DNA of 63,287 nt, filler included, from Choristocarpus tenellus KU-1152 (taxonomy: Eukaryota; Protista; Phaeophyceae): the NCBI GenBank assembly GCA_964200185.2. It is 9 parts of 9 records of this genome, joined end to end, with 100 filler letters (N's around TTAATTAATTAA, not from the genome) between each part and the next. Parts side by side here need not be neighbours in the genome. Positions count along the whole stretch, not along the records: positions 50,925 to 57,403 come from CAXNAD020008050.1; positions 57,504 to 63,287 come from CAXNAD020009761.1; 7 more parts are not named here. The stretch is one strand, 5' to 3'. Under the pieces are notes generated by a model. That model did no database searches and was not told where the DNA came from. It worked only from the letters and a program-made list of their open reading frames with translations. Within the stretch, counting starts at the first letter, position 1. Every line of letters starts with the position of its first letter. This document shows positions 51,700 to 63,287 of the stretch, one piece after another. A program made the position numbers and the translations under genes.

Positions 51700-53100
51700 G
51701 GGTCTGTCCAGAAGCCTGGACTAGTTGTATTTCCTCTGTTCGGAATCAAATGTAACACAAATGTTGCAGTCCTGGTGAAGAAGCAAGATTTTTTTCATAT
51801 ATTCATATTTTTTGGGGTACGTTGCACGGACACTAAAAGGTTGGCCCCCAAAATCTCGAGCAAAACGGGGCAGCCTATACCTAGCTATGATTCCGTCCCT
51901 AAAGCACTCCAAAACTCTATTCCAGCACGGCATTTTGCTGCACCCACTTGGGCATTCGGGAAGAGCTTGCCTTGGCTTCTCATCCTTTTCCTTCCTTAGA
52001 TGGGGAATTTTGAAGACATCGTCAACCTTGTACCCCAGCACTTCACCGTAGAATGTGAAGAGGCTCTGCCAGACGCGCTCTACTGTCTCCTGGGGGTGTG
52101 CATTGACTTCCTCCATTGTCGTCTCCGCCAGCTCCTCTGTGTTGTTCACCCCCATGTCTTCCTTCAGTTGCTGGATGGAATGAAAGAATCTCAGGTTGTT
52201 GACGTTGAGGTGAGGCGAGTTGGCTGACTGGGGCTCTATGACATTGTCGTTTCTCGCCACCTCCTTGATTGCCTCCATGAGCTCCCCTTGATGTGCGGCT
52301 TTGCACCCTTCCTACTCTACGAAGATGGTGTCTCCTTCCAGCCTAGGCATGAGAACTTTGATTGCCAGGATGACATCCTCGATGATGAACTTCTTATACC
52401 TCTCTCCCTGTCCAACGTGGCTGGCACAACCACCTTTGGTGCCCTTGGGGCGGCCTTTGCTGGAGCGCTGAGCAAACTTAGCGTCTACAATTGACCAGAT
52501 CCCAATTTTCCCATCAAACCACACCCCGTTGGAGAGCTCCCTAGAGTGGGCCACAGCTGCAAGGAGCATCAACTTTGTAATGTAACGCTTATTCTGTGCC
52601 CGTGAGGGGTTGGGGGGGTCCTCAGTGGGGCACAGGTACACACCTTGCCCATGTTTGAGGATGTAAAACCACTTCTCATCCACATGTACTCAGTCAAATA
52701 GATCGTCCACTACTACCCCACTTCCCCCCCTCCGGTGCTTGTGGCTGATGACGAAACCTATCCTGTTGGCTTTGTGCTGGTCTGAGAGGACTGGCGTAAC
52801 CCACCGCTTTACCTTCTCCGCCTTCTCGTACTTGCATAGATCCCACGAGGCAAGAGAGACCGCAGCCTTAACTGCCCATTTGCGGAAGGATGTGCAGTGT
52901 ACTGATGGGCATCCTAAACGTCAAGGATGCTTCTACGGCGGCCACATCACCGCTTGTGACATCGTACAAGGTCCATGCACTCACCCCGTGCGATCTGGCT
53001 GTCATACTCCTTCAGATAATGGAATGCGGTGATTTGGCAAATTCCCAAAACCTCTGTAATGGCCGCTTCCATCCCCCAAAGGCCTCCGAGTCTCGTCCCA
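51700..53100 (-). mobile_element. Degenerate plant-type mariner transposase
   Basis: VHVDEKWFY, AQNKRYITKLMLLAAVA, WFDGKIGIW, EGAKPH, QSANSPHLNVNNLRFFHSIQ, DDVFKIPH, with internal stops and frameshifts. Confidence 0.9.
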
Positions 53101-53675
53101 TCACACTGTTCTTTGTCAGGATGTTTGAGTCCTGACCCTGGACAGACTTCTAGCCGAAGAATTGGGACGGACAAGCGACGACAGGATGAGCGAGCAGCTC
53201 AAACGACGAGGGGCCTTCATCCTAGGCATCCCAATAAACACCCGCTTTGACAATTTCGAGAGGCTATTGAATCCTATCCAATACGTCCTGGTCGATTTTG
53301 CACTGGTGATCCTTCACAGTCATGACAAACCACCATACCAAAATTTGCACGCCTCCCAATCTATATGAGAACTAAGCCTCGTCCAGAGGGTTCATTACAT
53401 GGATCGTTCCCGGGCGAGAACAGAGTTTGCAAAAGTTATGTTACGATTAATTCCGAACTGAGGAAGTAGGTAGGGCATGGGTTGTTACATGGTAGACTGG
53501 GTGTGGTAGTGGCGGAATAGAGCCAGTCATAAAGCATATTGCTGCTCCTTCCATGAATTTTGTGGGCTTGGAACACCACTGATGCTAAACCATTTTTTGC
53601 AGAAGGTGGTACGACAGATTCACATGAATTTCGTGATAACCCCTGCAATGTAGACATTTTGCATTTGATTTTTTA

Positions 53676-54511
53676 CGCCCTCTGACATTTTTTTGGAGAT
53701 GTGTCAGGTAAAACCAAAACCGATTTTAAAGGACTGCCGTAAGTAAAACATTTGTCATCAATGCAATAGATACCTCCAAAAAATAAAATATTTACGATCT
53801 GAAAACTAGTATCATGATAATGTCTCCTTGAAAATGTTAAAAACAGGGTAGGACTATTTTTCATGGAGAGGTGTGGTATAATATGATGATAATTGCATCA
53901 CTTTTGGAGAAGTCCAAGCAGCCTGTCAACCACCATACTCGTCCCCCAGCAATGGTGTAGCTGCAGGTGCATGCAGCTGAGGCGTGAAAGCGCAACCACT
54001 ACTAGAGATCTATTGACTCTCGTAGTCTTAATCTCAACTCCTTTGTGGTGGAAAGTTTTGGGCACCTTCGAATGCAAGCAGATAATTTCTTGGATGAGTT
54101 CGACGCTCACACGGAGGGGTGAGAGGGGCAGGAGGATATCGTAGAAAAGGAAAGGGGCTGTCAAGTCCCGTTTAAGACAGTGTCTGTCACTGCACATGTG
54201 GCTCTCTTGAGATGTGTCATGTGTTTCAAGCTAGAGACACCAGGCAGGTGGCAAGAAGGAGTCTGTCAGATTCTTGGGATGCTTCCCTTCCTCCTTGCCC
54301 ACCTTTGCAGGGCTAAGCTAGGTTAGAAGTATAACAGTGTACACATTACTTTGAGTTACCAACCTTCAAGTGAGCATTGTTGTATTGCTAGTTCTTCAAT
54401 AGTAAATATTTTTGAGAGAAGTGTGCTTTACATTGATACTGGTATTTTTACACCAGTGGTTGTGAGGTAGTTTTGGTTTTTCCCGACATACCTGTAATAT
54501 CTCAGAGGGAG
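53676..54511. mobile_element. Non-autonomous mariner/Stowaway-like element
   Basis: TA|CGCCCTCTGACAT... to ...ATCTCAGAGGGAG|TA. The internal part is homologous to 31.7-32.1 kb. Confidence 0.7.
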
Positions 54512-54521
54512 TAATAATATA

Positions 54522-56206
54522 CGACGTCTGTGTCATAAGTTTGTGCCGCGAAACATCTAGGCTTGCCTAGCGAGAACGGCACCGAATCGGACAATAACCC
54601 CACAGAATGAAATCAGGTTGACAATCTCAGCTTTCAGAAAATGTTGGGTTCGAGGATCATCAGATACAAACTTGAGGTGCTTCAAGCCGTCAAAGTAGGG
54701 GTCTTTTGGGATGATTTTGAGGCCAGAAATGGGCATATCGAGGGTCAGAATGTTGGCATGGCAACCCCCCCGTTGACCCCCCTGCGTTGGAAGGGTGCCC
54801 AAGTGTCCCTGAATACCAGTGTTGCGCTTGCAGTGTGGCACGCCCTCGCGATGGTCCCTGGTGAGCATAAAACTGCCGTGACATGCTGGGCCTGCCCTCG
54901 CAGTAGAGTTTGGAGTGTCCGAGCGTTCCATGCGAGGGATCTGGGAGGATGTCGCCGATCAGCTCGCCCGTGGCCACGTGCTTGACCTAGGGGTGGCGGT
55001 ACACAGTGGGTGGTCTTCAGAGCTCACACAGACCAAGATGGCCGCAATACATAGTATCAACTCCGATAATTGGTCATCCACAGTGCATCAGGTGACAATG
55101 AAGATGGCCGCCAAGGGGCTGGATTGTAACACAAGCACCATAAACAGGGGGTTGGATGATATGGGGGCCATGCCGAATCGCCGCTGGATCAAACCCAAGC
55201 TTAAGTGGTGGCAAAAGGTATGGAGAATGGACTATATTTGCGATCAAGTGGACCAGAAACGTGGTGTGTACGCCTCCATGGCGAACACGATCCATGTTGG
55301 TGAAAACCTGGTTTTACGAGATGGCTGATGGGGAAAGGGTTAGGGTATTTCCGCGTGAGTATGATAATGATCTTCCAGGGTCTCCTATGGTGCAGCACAA
55401 GAGTCATATCCCCAAAACCATGATCATTGCAGCCAATGCCCACCCAGATTCGGCTCACAGCTTTGATAGAAATTTTGGTGTTTGGCATGTGTGTGCGCCA
55501 AAAATTGCAGATAGGACAAGCATCATAAAAAGGGGGATGAGTATGAGCAGGACTATACTTTAGACCATTTGTGGTAGAGGAAGTGGTAGACAGAGGAGTT
55601 ACTGCCTGCAATCAAGACCAAGATGCCTTGGTTGCAGGGGAAGCACATGATCGTTCAGCGAGACAGTGCCACCCCCCACACGGGCAAGGGCAACTCAGAA
55701 ATTTCGTCAATTGGCAGGGAAGACTGAGGGTTGGTTGATTAGGCTTGTGACGCAGCTAACTCCCCTGACCTCAATATCATGGAACTGTGCTTTTTCAGGT
55801 CTTTGGAATGCTAAGTGATGGGGGAGCGGTTTGGGTCCGTCGAGGAGATGGTGAAGATCATTAAGAAACAGTATGAGGAGTATGATGAAACCACACTTGA
55901 GAGGGCTTGGTAGCTCCCTTTTGTAGTGTACAATCAAGTATTTAGATACAAAGGGGACGACGACTTCAGTGTGGAGCACGCAGGGGTAAGGAAGAGGAAG
56001 TTGTCTGGTGAACTTGAAAACATCCCAAAGGTAGGCATGGAAGCCTTTCCTGTGGCTGATAAAATTGTGATGGATGGGGAGTAAAAATAATAAAAAGAGC
56101 CGACTCTAACCAGAAATTCAAGGATTCCAAATCTTCTTTCAGAAACGAGTTTCGTCATCTTCAGAAGTAATGGACAACGCAGCAGAGACATATGGCCCGC
56201 AGGTAG
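54522..56206 (+). mobile_element. Degenerate full-length plant-type mariner
   Basis: IKPKL, IHVGE.WFY, VQHKSHIPKTMIIAANA, QRDSATPH, SPDLNIMELCFFRSL, GDDDFSVEH. Degenerate TA-flanked TIRs match at about 19 of 29 positions. Confidence 0.85.
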
Positions 56207-57917
56207 TACTACACAAACGAAAAATTTGCACCCTTTTGACGTCTGGACCTGGTTAGTATTATGGACTACGAGTAGATACTAGGGATCAAACCTCGGTTTT
56301 GTTCTTGCTCATTTTTTTGAGAACCAATTTCATTTCGTATGTCACTCTCTGCTGCAACGACCACTGTTGCAACCAAGGCTTCATGTAACCTAATCTTGAT
56401 GCAGTGGATTGGAAATATCAGGTCCACATGAATAGTACATTTATCTGGAGGGGAGTTCTAATGGTTGCACTGTGGCGCCCACAAGTTGAGAGCTTGGTTT
56501 GGGGATTGTCCTGATCGGGTTGGGAACAAGCTTGACCTGATGACGTCCAAAGCAGCAACAGATTATTTCACAAGGAAAATGGGAAGAGCGTGCACCACGG
56601 TCTCAGATACAAAAATGTTCAAAGGCTTTCGTGAGGTACAAGCCATCCCACACAGGATATCACAATTTACTGGGGGAAAATTCTGATGACTTTGTGTGAC
56701 AGGGTAGATCATGGGGAAGTGGAAGCCCAGAAAGAATGTTGGCAATGGGCCAAATGAATCGAAGGGGAAGAAGACAAAGGGTGAGTTGCTTGCCTTCCTT
56801 GATCGAAGCTGCCAAATGTACTCTCGGATGAAGAAGTTGAAGCTGATGAAGATGACTGAGGAAGATGAAGAGAATGAGCGGAGGAACAAGAACCTTATTG
56901 CCCCCCCTCGGACTATGGATAACATCCCCCAAGTGTTAATAGTTTAAGGAGGATGCAAAAGAGAACAGTGAAGAGCAGGAGGAGGATGCGGACGAAGAAG
57001 TGGATGGACACATGGCAGTCTGTGTAGGGGTTTACAGAAACAATGAGCCTGCATGAGTACGAAATACCCTATTTAGTGCTTCAATTAGTTAAGTGACCCA
57101 AACATCATTGAAAAACTATTGATTACTATGGATACTACTACTATAGGTTTGCAAAAACGTACTTTCTAGAAATTGCGACAGGGAGCTAATCTGTGCATAG
57201 GGCATTCAACATCCAACAACACCACATCAACAATAAATCCCTAGAAGAGAACCAAAAAATCTTTGTTTCACAAAAGAATAAGTCACGATGTTCTCTACAT
57301 AGTGTCATCATCATTGATCCCCAATCACAAAGTACCGAGAAGCAGCAAGCCCCTGTGCATCACTAAGAGATGCTGAAGCAAGCGCCCCCCCCCCTGGTGC
57401 AACNNNNNNNNNNNNNNNNNNNNNNNNNNNNNNNNNNNNNNNNNNNNTTAATTAATTAANNNNNNNNNNNNNNNNNNNNNNNNNNNNNNNNNNNNNNNNN
57501 NNNTGAGAGGGGATACTCCCCAAGGTCATCGATGGCGCGACATTGTCGAAGTGGCTGCGCACGTCTTCTCAGAGTAGGCAGCCAGAAAACTTCCTACTGA
57601 CGCGCTCGCGTTGACTTATGATGTCGGGACTGAGATATTTCCAGAGGAATGGGTAAGTCGATTTTGACCGTGACAATTGAAGTAGCCTATGGATGTATAT
57701 GCGTATACCCCCCTCCTGATCCTGCAACAGCCGCAATGTTTACCACCTAGTTCATACCCCGCAAGACAGACACCCGTGTCATCTTTGTCACTCACTATTC
57801 CAGAACCCATGTGCTTCTCCACGACAATTTTCCCACATCCTTAGGGGCGTCCGGAACAAACGGCCCCCAGCCGACCAAGACAAAGGAAAGAAGAAGACAA
57901 GAGGAAAGGGGAAGAAA

Positions 57918-58437
57918 GAGTGAAAGTATCTTGGAGGGCACGAGTTTTGCCCTGTTTGTCCATTTGGGGCTTGGATCCCAGGGTTTTTTTATGACATTTG
58001 GGTCAAAGTATCTTAGAGGGTAGGGCCGCGTCCATTCGGGGGCCGAAATCCAATGTTGCGATTTCCATGTCATTTTATCCGTCGTGTTTGTTAGGAAGTG
58101 TCAGTATCCTCGTTCCGGACAAACCATTTCATAACATATACATATTACCTACTCCTGAACATTTCGGAGCAGGAAAAATATCACAAAAACCCCATGGGAA
58201 GCCAAGCCCCAAATGGACAAACAGGGCAAAACCCGTACCCTCTAAGATACTTTCACTCGTTTTCCTACTCCAAAATGTCGAGGAGTAGGTAAAATGTATA
58301 CGTTATGAAAAGGTGCATCGGAAACATAGATATTGATACTTTCTAGCAAACACAATAACAAAATTTTCATCAAAATCACAACATTGGATTTTGACCCCCA
58401 AACGGACGCGCCTCTACCCTCTAAGATACTTTGGCTC
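57918..58437. mobile_element. Nested MITE family A pair (inner copy 58000-58258, opposite orientation)
   Basis: Outer TSD GAAA/AAAA and inner TSD ATTT/GTTT. The outer halves rejoin to the consensus. Confidence 0.92.
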
Positions 58438-59889
58438 AAAAATAAACCAGGAGTCGTTGATCGAGACCCGCCTTCTGCCGCGATGACGGGAGAGGATTGG
58501 GAAGTGCAACCCTGGAGGGTGCAGTTGGCATACCTGAGACGTATGCACACCAAGAACGTACTCATCAAGGGGGCCGTACTGGAGGTTGCGCTTCGTGTTA
58601 TGAAGGACCTGAAAGAGAAGGACAAGCTCGGCATAGAACCATAGACCCCTACGCCGACAATTTAGCAGGAGAGTCTGGAGCAGAGGGTCCTCCTCCCAAG
58701 AAATACACCCTCAGTGACAAGGTACTCAACTTGTATTAGTTCATTGTTTCATCTATCCACCGCATTTAAGTTCGTCATGTAAAGCCATATCACAATAAAC
58801 GCCCTGATTGCGCACGTTTATCTACCCTATCAATTCCACAGGTGATAAGAGACCTCGTGTTGATGCGGGATGTGGAAGAGGGCACAAAATTCCTGGACAT
58901 CATCTAATACTCTGAGGGCGTTACCCTAAGCAACGGTGTTGAATTCACAGGGAGTAATTGCAGCATTGCACAACATCGCCATAGATTAAAATCCAAACAC
59001 CCTTCCCCACCACACCTAACACACAACTCCCTTCCATCCTATCGACACTCGACAGTTACACAACGAACGTTGTCACAGGGTTCTTCGGTTCTTTCAAAGA
59101 TTGCAAAGTTGCTCGTCGTACATGCTGTGTCGTACTTTGCCTATGTTGTACCCATCGTCACAACCCCGCGAAAAGAGAGAAATTATGTTGCAGTTACATG
59201 CTAGTCCTGTACGCTTCCTATTCACCCTTTCTTACCAGCCCTATTCGTCCACCTGTCCTAGGGGCTCGCTTTATCGACACTTTTATCAGAACTGCCACAA
59301 GTCTGGTCCGTCCATCCTTTCCACACACCCCGTATTCTCTTCTGCATCCTGCCCCACATAGTCCTTCTCACGAAACTCCATCTCATATCTTGCCTCCTAA
59401 CACTAACAACTCCTCCCGTCGTTTTTACGCCCACTTCGCCACGACCTTCGCCACTCTTCCGCCATCACAGAGGTAACGCGTGTCACTCACATGTTGATCA
59501 CACCAGAGAACCTATCGACGTTCGAGCACGACCTCGAAAAGTTCAAGTCCGAGACCAACGAAGCTCACGAGAGAGAAGTAGCCCTTCTACAAACACGACC
59601 GGGAGGCCTGGTCATAACATGCACCGCCCTCGGGGACAACCTTGAACCGGATCGTATCAAACTCCTGCAGGACAAGCTCTCGGAATTGACCAATTTTGCA
59701 CTGGCGAAGACAAAGGTAGCTGGTGGCGTATCCACCAGCATGCCTTGTGGGAGACCCGACACACCGGGTGCTCGAGAGGAGGAACATAGCCCGTCACCTA
59801 GCCCTTCCATAGGTGCGGGAAGCAGGAATCTAGAGAGGGGGAGGAATACAATGACACCCTCGGAACACGACTCTCAAGGCGATGGGGGC

Positions 59890-61185
59890 AGACCCGTTTG
59901 TAACCTATTGTCAGGCCCTGAGGAAATTCCAATAGAGGACGCGAGTGGGCGGCTAGGCGACCATTCGGAGTACACGCCGGATTTGAGTGCCGCAGGGATG
60001 TCCACGAACGCACATTCGCTAGACAGCGGCGGAACCGAGTCTCAAGTACCAGGGAACATGTGTGACCACAATGTGAGGCGAAGCGAAAACCGCGAAAATA
60101 TTGATCGTAGCAAAACTCCGAGGGAGAAGAGTTCCAAGATGGAGAAAGGGAAGCGGAAAAGGACCCTGATTAGGAAAAAGAGGGTCAGAGAAGATTCCGA
60201 AGACGAACTGGACCGGCCCGTTTGTTTCGACTTGTCAGGTCCACTCGAACTTCCTGTGGAGGACGTGAGGGGGTCGCGAGGCAAGGACTCGGAGTCTACG
60301 CCTGTCGGGAGTGACACAGCGATGTCTCCAAGCGCCCATTCGGTGGACAGCGGCGCAACTGACTCACAAGAGAGGGTGAACATTTACAACCACAATATGA
60401 GGCCAAGCGAACAGCACATAGATATTGATTGTAACAAAACCCCCACGAAGAAGCGTTCCAAGAAGGAGAAAGGGAATCAAAAAAGGATCCTGATTAGGAA
60501 AAGGAGGGTTAGAGAAGATTCCGAAGACGAGGGGGACGGACCCGATTGAGACGGTTTCACATGTCCAGACGAACTTCCTGTGGAGGACGTGAGGGGGTCG
60601 CGAGGCAAGGACTCGGAGTCTACGCCTGTCCGGAGTGACACAGGGATGTCTCCAATCGCCCATTCGGTAGACAGCGGCGCAACTGACTCACAAGAGAGGG
60701 TGAACGTTTACAACCACAATATGAGGCCAAGCGAACAGCGCGTACATATTGATTGTAACAAAACCCCCATGAAGAAGTCTTTCAAGAATGGAAAAGAGAA
60801 GTGAAAAAGGATCCTGATTAGGAAAAGGAGGGTCAGAGAAGATTCCGAAGACAAGGGGGACGGGACCGACGGGTCCTCTTTCACATGTCCAGAGGAACTT
60901 CCTGTGGAGGACGTGAGGGGGTCGCGAGGCAAGGACTCGGAGTCTACGCCTGTCCGGAGTGAAACAGGGATGTCTCCAAACGCCCATTCGGTGGGCAGCG
61001 GCGACGATGATGCAAAGATGCCTTGGAACATGTACGACCATGTTGTGAGGCCAAGTGAGAACTGTGAGAGTTCCACAACCCAGAGGGGCAAGCCTTCCGG
61101 GAAGGGTGAAGTCCGGGTTTCTAGGACAGTAATTAGGAAAAAGAGGGCGAGAGAGGATGCTGGACAGACGAAACGTTTGAAACAA
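59890..61185 (+). repeat. Coding tandem repeat, 4 x 324 bp
   Basis: The anchor (G/A)T(G/A)GAGGACG recurs at 59932, 60256, 60580 and 60904 (period exactly 324, in frame). Confidence 0.9.
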
Positions 61186-62593
61186 CCTGTTGATCCTGAT
61201 GGCAGTGCATTAGAACCTGACTTCCTCGACGACGTCTTCGCTTCTGCCAAAATGGGCAGATGCACGGTACCTCCATGTTCACTCACATCGACGGGCGACG
61301 ATGACAACAAAAGCTCATCTCGTGGTGAGGAGGATTGTGTCACACATGACGCGACTGACTCCGGCAATTTGTCCGATGTGGGGATCACTGAAGCCTTCAT
61401 GGAGGCGTGCGTCACCGAGCTCCTACGATCTGCAACGAAACCTGCTTCTACACAATATAGAGTGCAGACGCAAATCCTAAACTAAGTCATTTACGATCAC
61501 GGGTTCAGGCTCGCGAAGGCCGGTAAAGGGGCCACTTCTCTTCTTTTCGGGGACGAGTGCTACGTACATGGACCCACGCAGGTGAAACTCGGCGATCGTG
61601 GAGGGAGGGCAGGCAATACGTTGCGCCCCGAGCATGTGAAAGCGCAGAAGGCTATCTTCTTGAGCCTCGTGAAGCCTGAGCCTTGGAACGCCAGGTACTC
61701 CGCGCGCCTAAATCTATGGCACCTTCTTGTCGAGGCATACCCTAAGCTCACAGAGTGGTGGGACAAGGGTGACGAATGCAATTTCGAGTCTGCCCAGCAA
61801 TTGAAATAGGGCTTCGGTCGTTCAGGTTTTCTGTTCTAGTACGGGTAGAGTTGCAGGTTGTGCAGATTAATGCAGGTGTATATCTTTCCATGGCGCTAGA
61901 GTCTGATGTTCATGCACTTTGCATCCCACAAGTTATGCATTTTGATAGTGGAACAAAATATACGTAGCGACTGGTCAGAGTCGTTAGCGTATCATATATC
62001 ATACTCACGATGAGGATCAGACCTGTCTTATCATTTGTTTTAAAAAGCATGTCTGCTGCAATGTTACATCCCTAAAATATAATACATCGATCAAACAATT
62101 CTTCTCCATCCGACCGGCTAGCCTTCCCAAATGATTTTCGCCAAGGGCAGCGATGAATACCCTTTCCTTCTGTGAGCCATTGTTTATTCGTTGTACACGA
62201 TCACGCACCCTCCCCCTATTCTTTTCAATACTGTATGCACCACCTCTTTCTTTGCCCAACTGTCGACGGACTAGTTTCGATCAAGTGTAGTCATTCGAAT
62301 CGTAGGGAATCATATGCCTAGATTCACCCACGATGCCCTAACCACAGCACCAGCCCAGAACCTGTAGAAGAAGTGTACCTCAAACTACTTTCCTCAGAAC
62401 GTACGACAAACCATTATTTGACCAATAACCACTCGTACACACTAAGTATTCCGTCGACACCTTTTGCCGTGCCTCGTACCAACAACTTCAACCCTAACAC
62501 CATCAGCGACAACAACTACGTCTTACTGCATACAACATCCAACACACACACATAAACAAATAGAAGTCATAGACTTAAACGGTCCAACAAATA

Positions 62594-62852
62594 GGGTGAA
62601 GGTGTCTTAAAAAGCACGAATTTTGCACTGCTTGTCCCTTTAGTGCTTGACTTCCAACGCCTTTTCTTATGACATTTACCTACTCTGAAACGTTCTTAAC
62701 TAGGAACATACATACGTTATGAAAAAGGTGCGTCCAGAAGAACGATACTGACACTTGCTAACATACACGATAGCCAGATATACACCAAAATCAAAATTTT
62801 GGTGTTTGGTCCCCATTTAGACATTTTTTAATCCCCTCAGACACTTTGCATC
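62594..62852 (+). mobile_element. Old degenerate MITE family A copy
   Basis: Colinear motifs TTTACCTACTCTGAAA, TACGTTATGAAAAAGGTG and CACGATAGCC. Confidence 0.65.
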
Positions 62853-63287
62853 CGTATTTTTTGGTTCATCGTGCCCACGTGGAGAGAACACACCTAAACA
62901 AACAATCCTCTATGTCATCGTTTCATAAACAACCGATGCAAACAAACCAACGAACAGAGCAACCCCGGAGAAGACAAAATCATTTTTTTGTATTCCTCGT
63001 AAACAACGGCAAAACGCACCCTAACTGGCAACACTCTTTGGGTGCAAATCAAATCCCAGTCGTACACAAAAAAAATGAAACAGCCTCCCAAGTACACCTC
63101 TTCATCTTCTTCATCATATAACTGCAACCAACACACAAAACCCAATAGACCTATTCGAACAGACTCGACATCTGACACATGCAAACGTACAAACTCCTCC
63201 CCCAATCAAACCCCGATTATCAAATGGTGGCATACATCCCCGTTATACATACTACGCAAGGACAGAAACGAACCTAACCAACAGTCT

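Larger units (their letters stand above)
57504..61809 (+). pseudogene. Multi-exon pseudogene of unknown family, MITE-disrupted, with internal 108-aa tandem repeat
   Basis: Spliceable segments at about 57504-57654, 57845-58720, 58842-58935 and 59471-61809. Removing the nested MITE plus one 4-bp TSD restores the frame (...KGEE/NKPGVVDRD...). The single frame 59491-61809 is broken only by stops at 60547, 60802 and 61483. Confidence 0.6.

Noticed and set aside
56400-57000. Possible transposase or other coding remnant next to the mariner
   Set aside because: It looks coding but no family could be recognised, so it was not called.
13558-57503. Recurring TTAATTAATTAA palindrome inside N runs
   Set aside because: It is an artificial six-frame-stop spacer joining contigs, not biological.
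59491-61809. Stop-codon readthrough or selenocysteine at in-frame TGA codons
   Set aside because: The TGAs align with Arg codons in sister repeats, and the locus also has TAA/TAG stops, a frameshift and a MITE, so it is simple decay.

Overview
This is eukaryotic, intron-rich, repeat-laden genomic DNA, most consistent with a stramenopile or brown-alga-like genome (inferred from gene style, TE families and TTAGGG repeats). The window is not contiguous: eight artificial 100-nt spacers (N44-TTAATTAATTAA-N44) join nine contigs. Four spliced host genes could be read by hand. (1) The 3' part of a type I mannose-6-phosphate isomerase with a two-exon low-complexity insertion. (2) A complete 6-exon DOT1-like SAM methyltransferase that begins with an N-myristoylation motif (MGAGAS). 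(3) The 3' end of a minus-strand gene with a bactofilin-like beta-helix. (4) A gene fragment with two zf-CXXC domains that the ORF track misses entirely. There is also a MITE-disrupted multi-exon pseudogene with a 4 x 324-bp coding repeat. The rest is degenerate Ty3/Gypsy, tyrosine-recombinase (DIRS/Ngaro-like) and plant-type mariner elements, plus about 25 copies of related GAG...CTC-terminated MITEs with mostly 4-bp TSDs. Short interstitial TTAGGG tracts are pervasive, and several look like de novo insertions: inside or truncating MITEs, flanked by a 23-bp duplication, or head-to-head.
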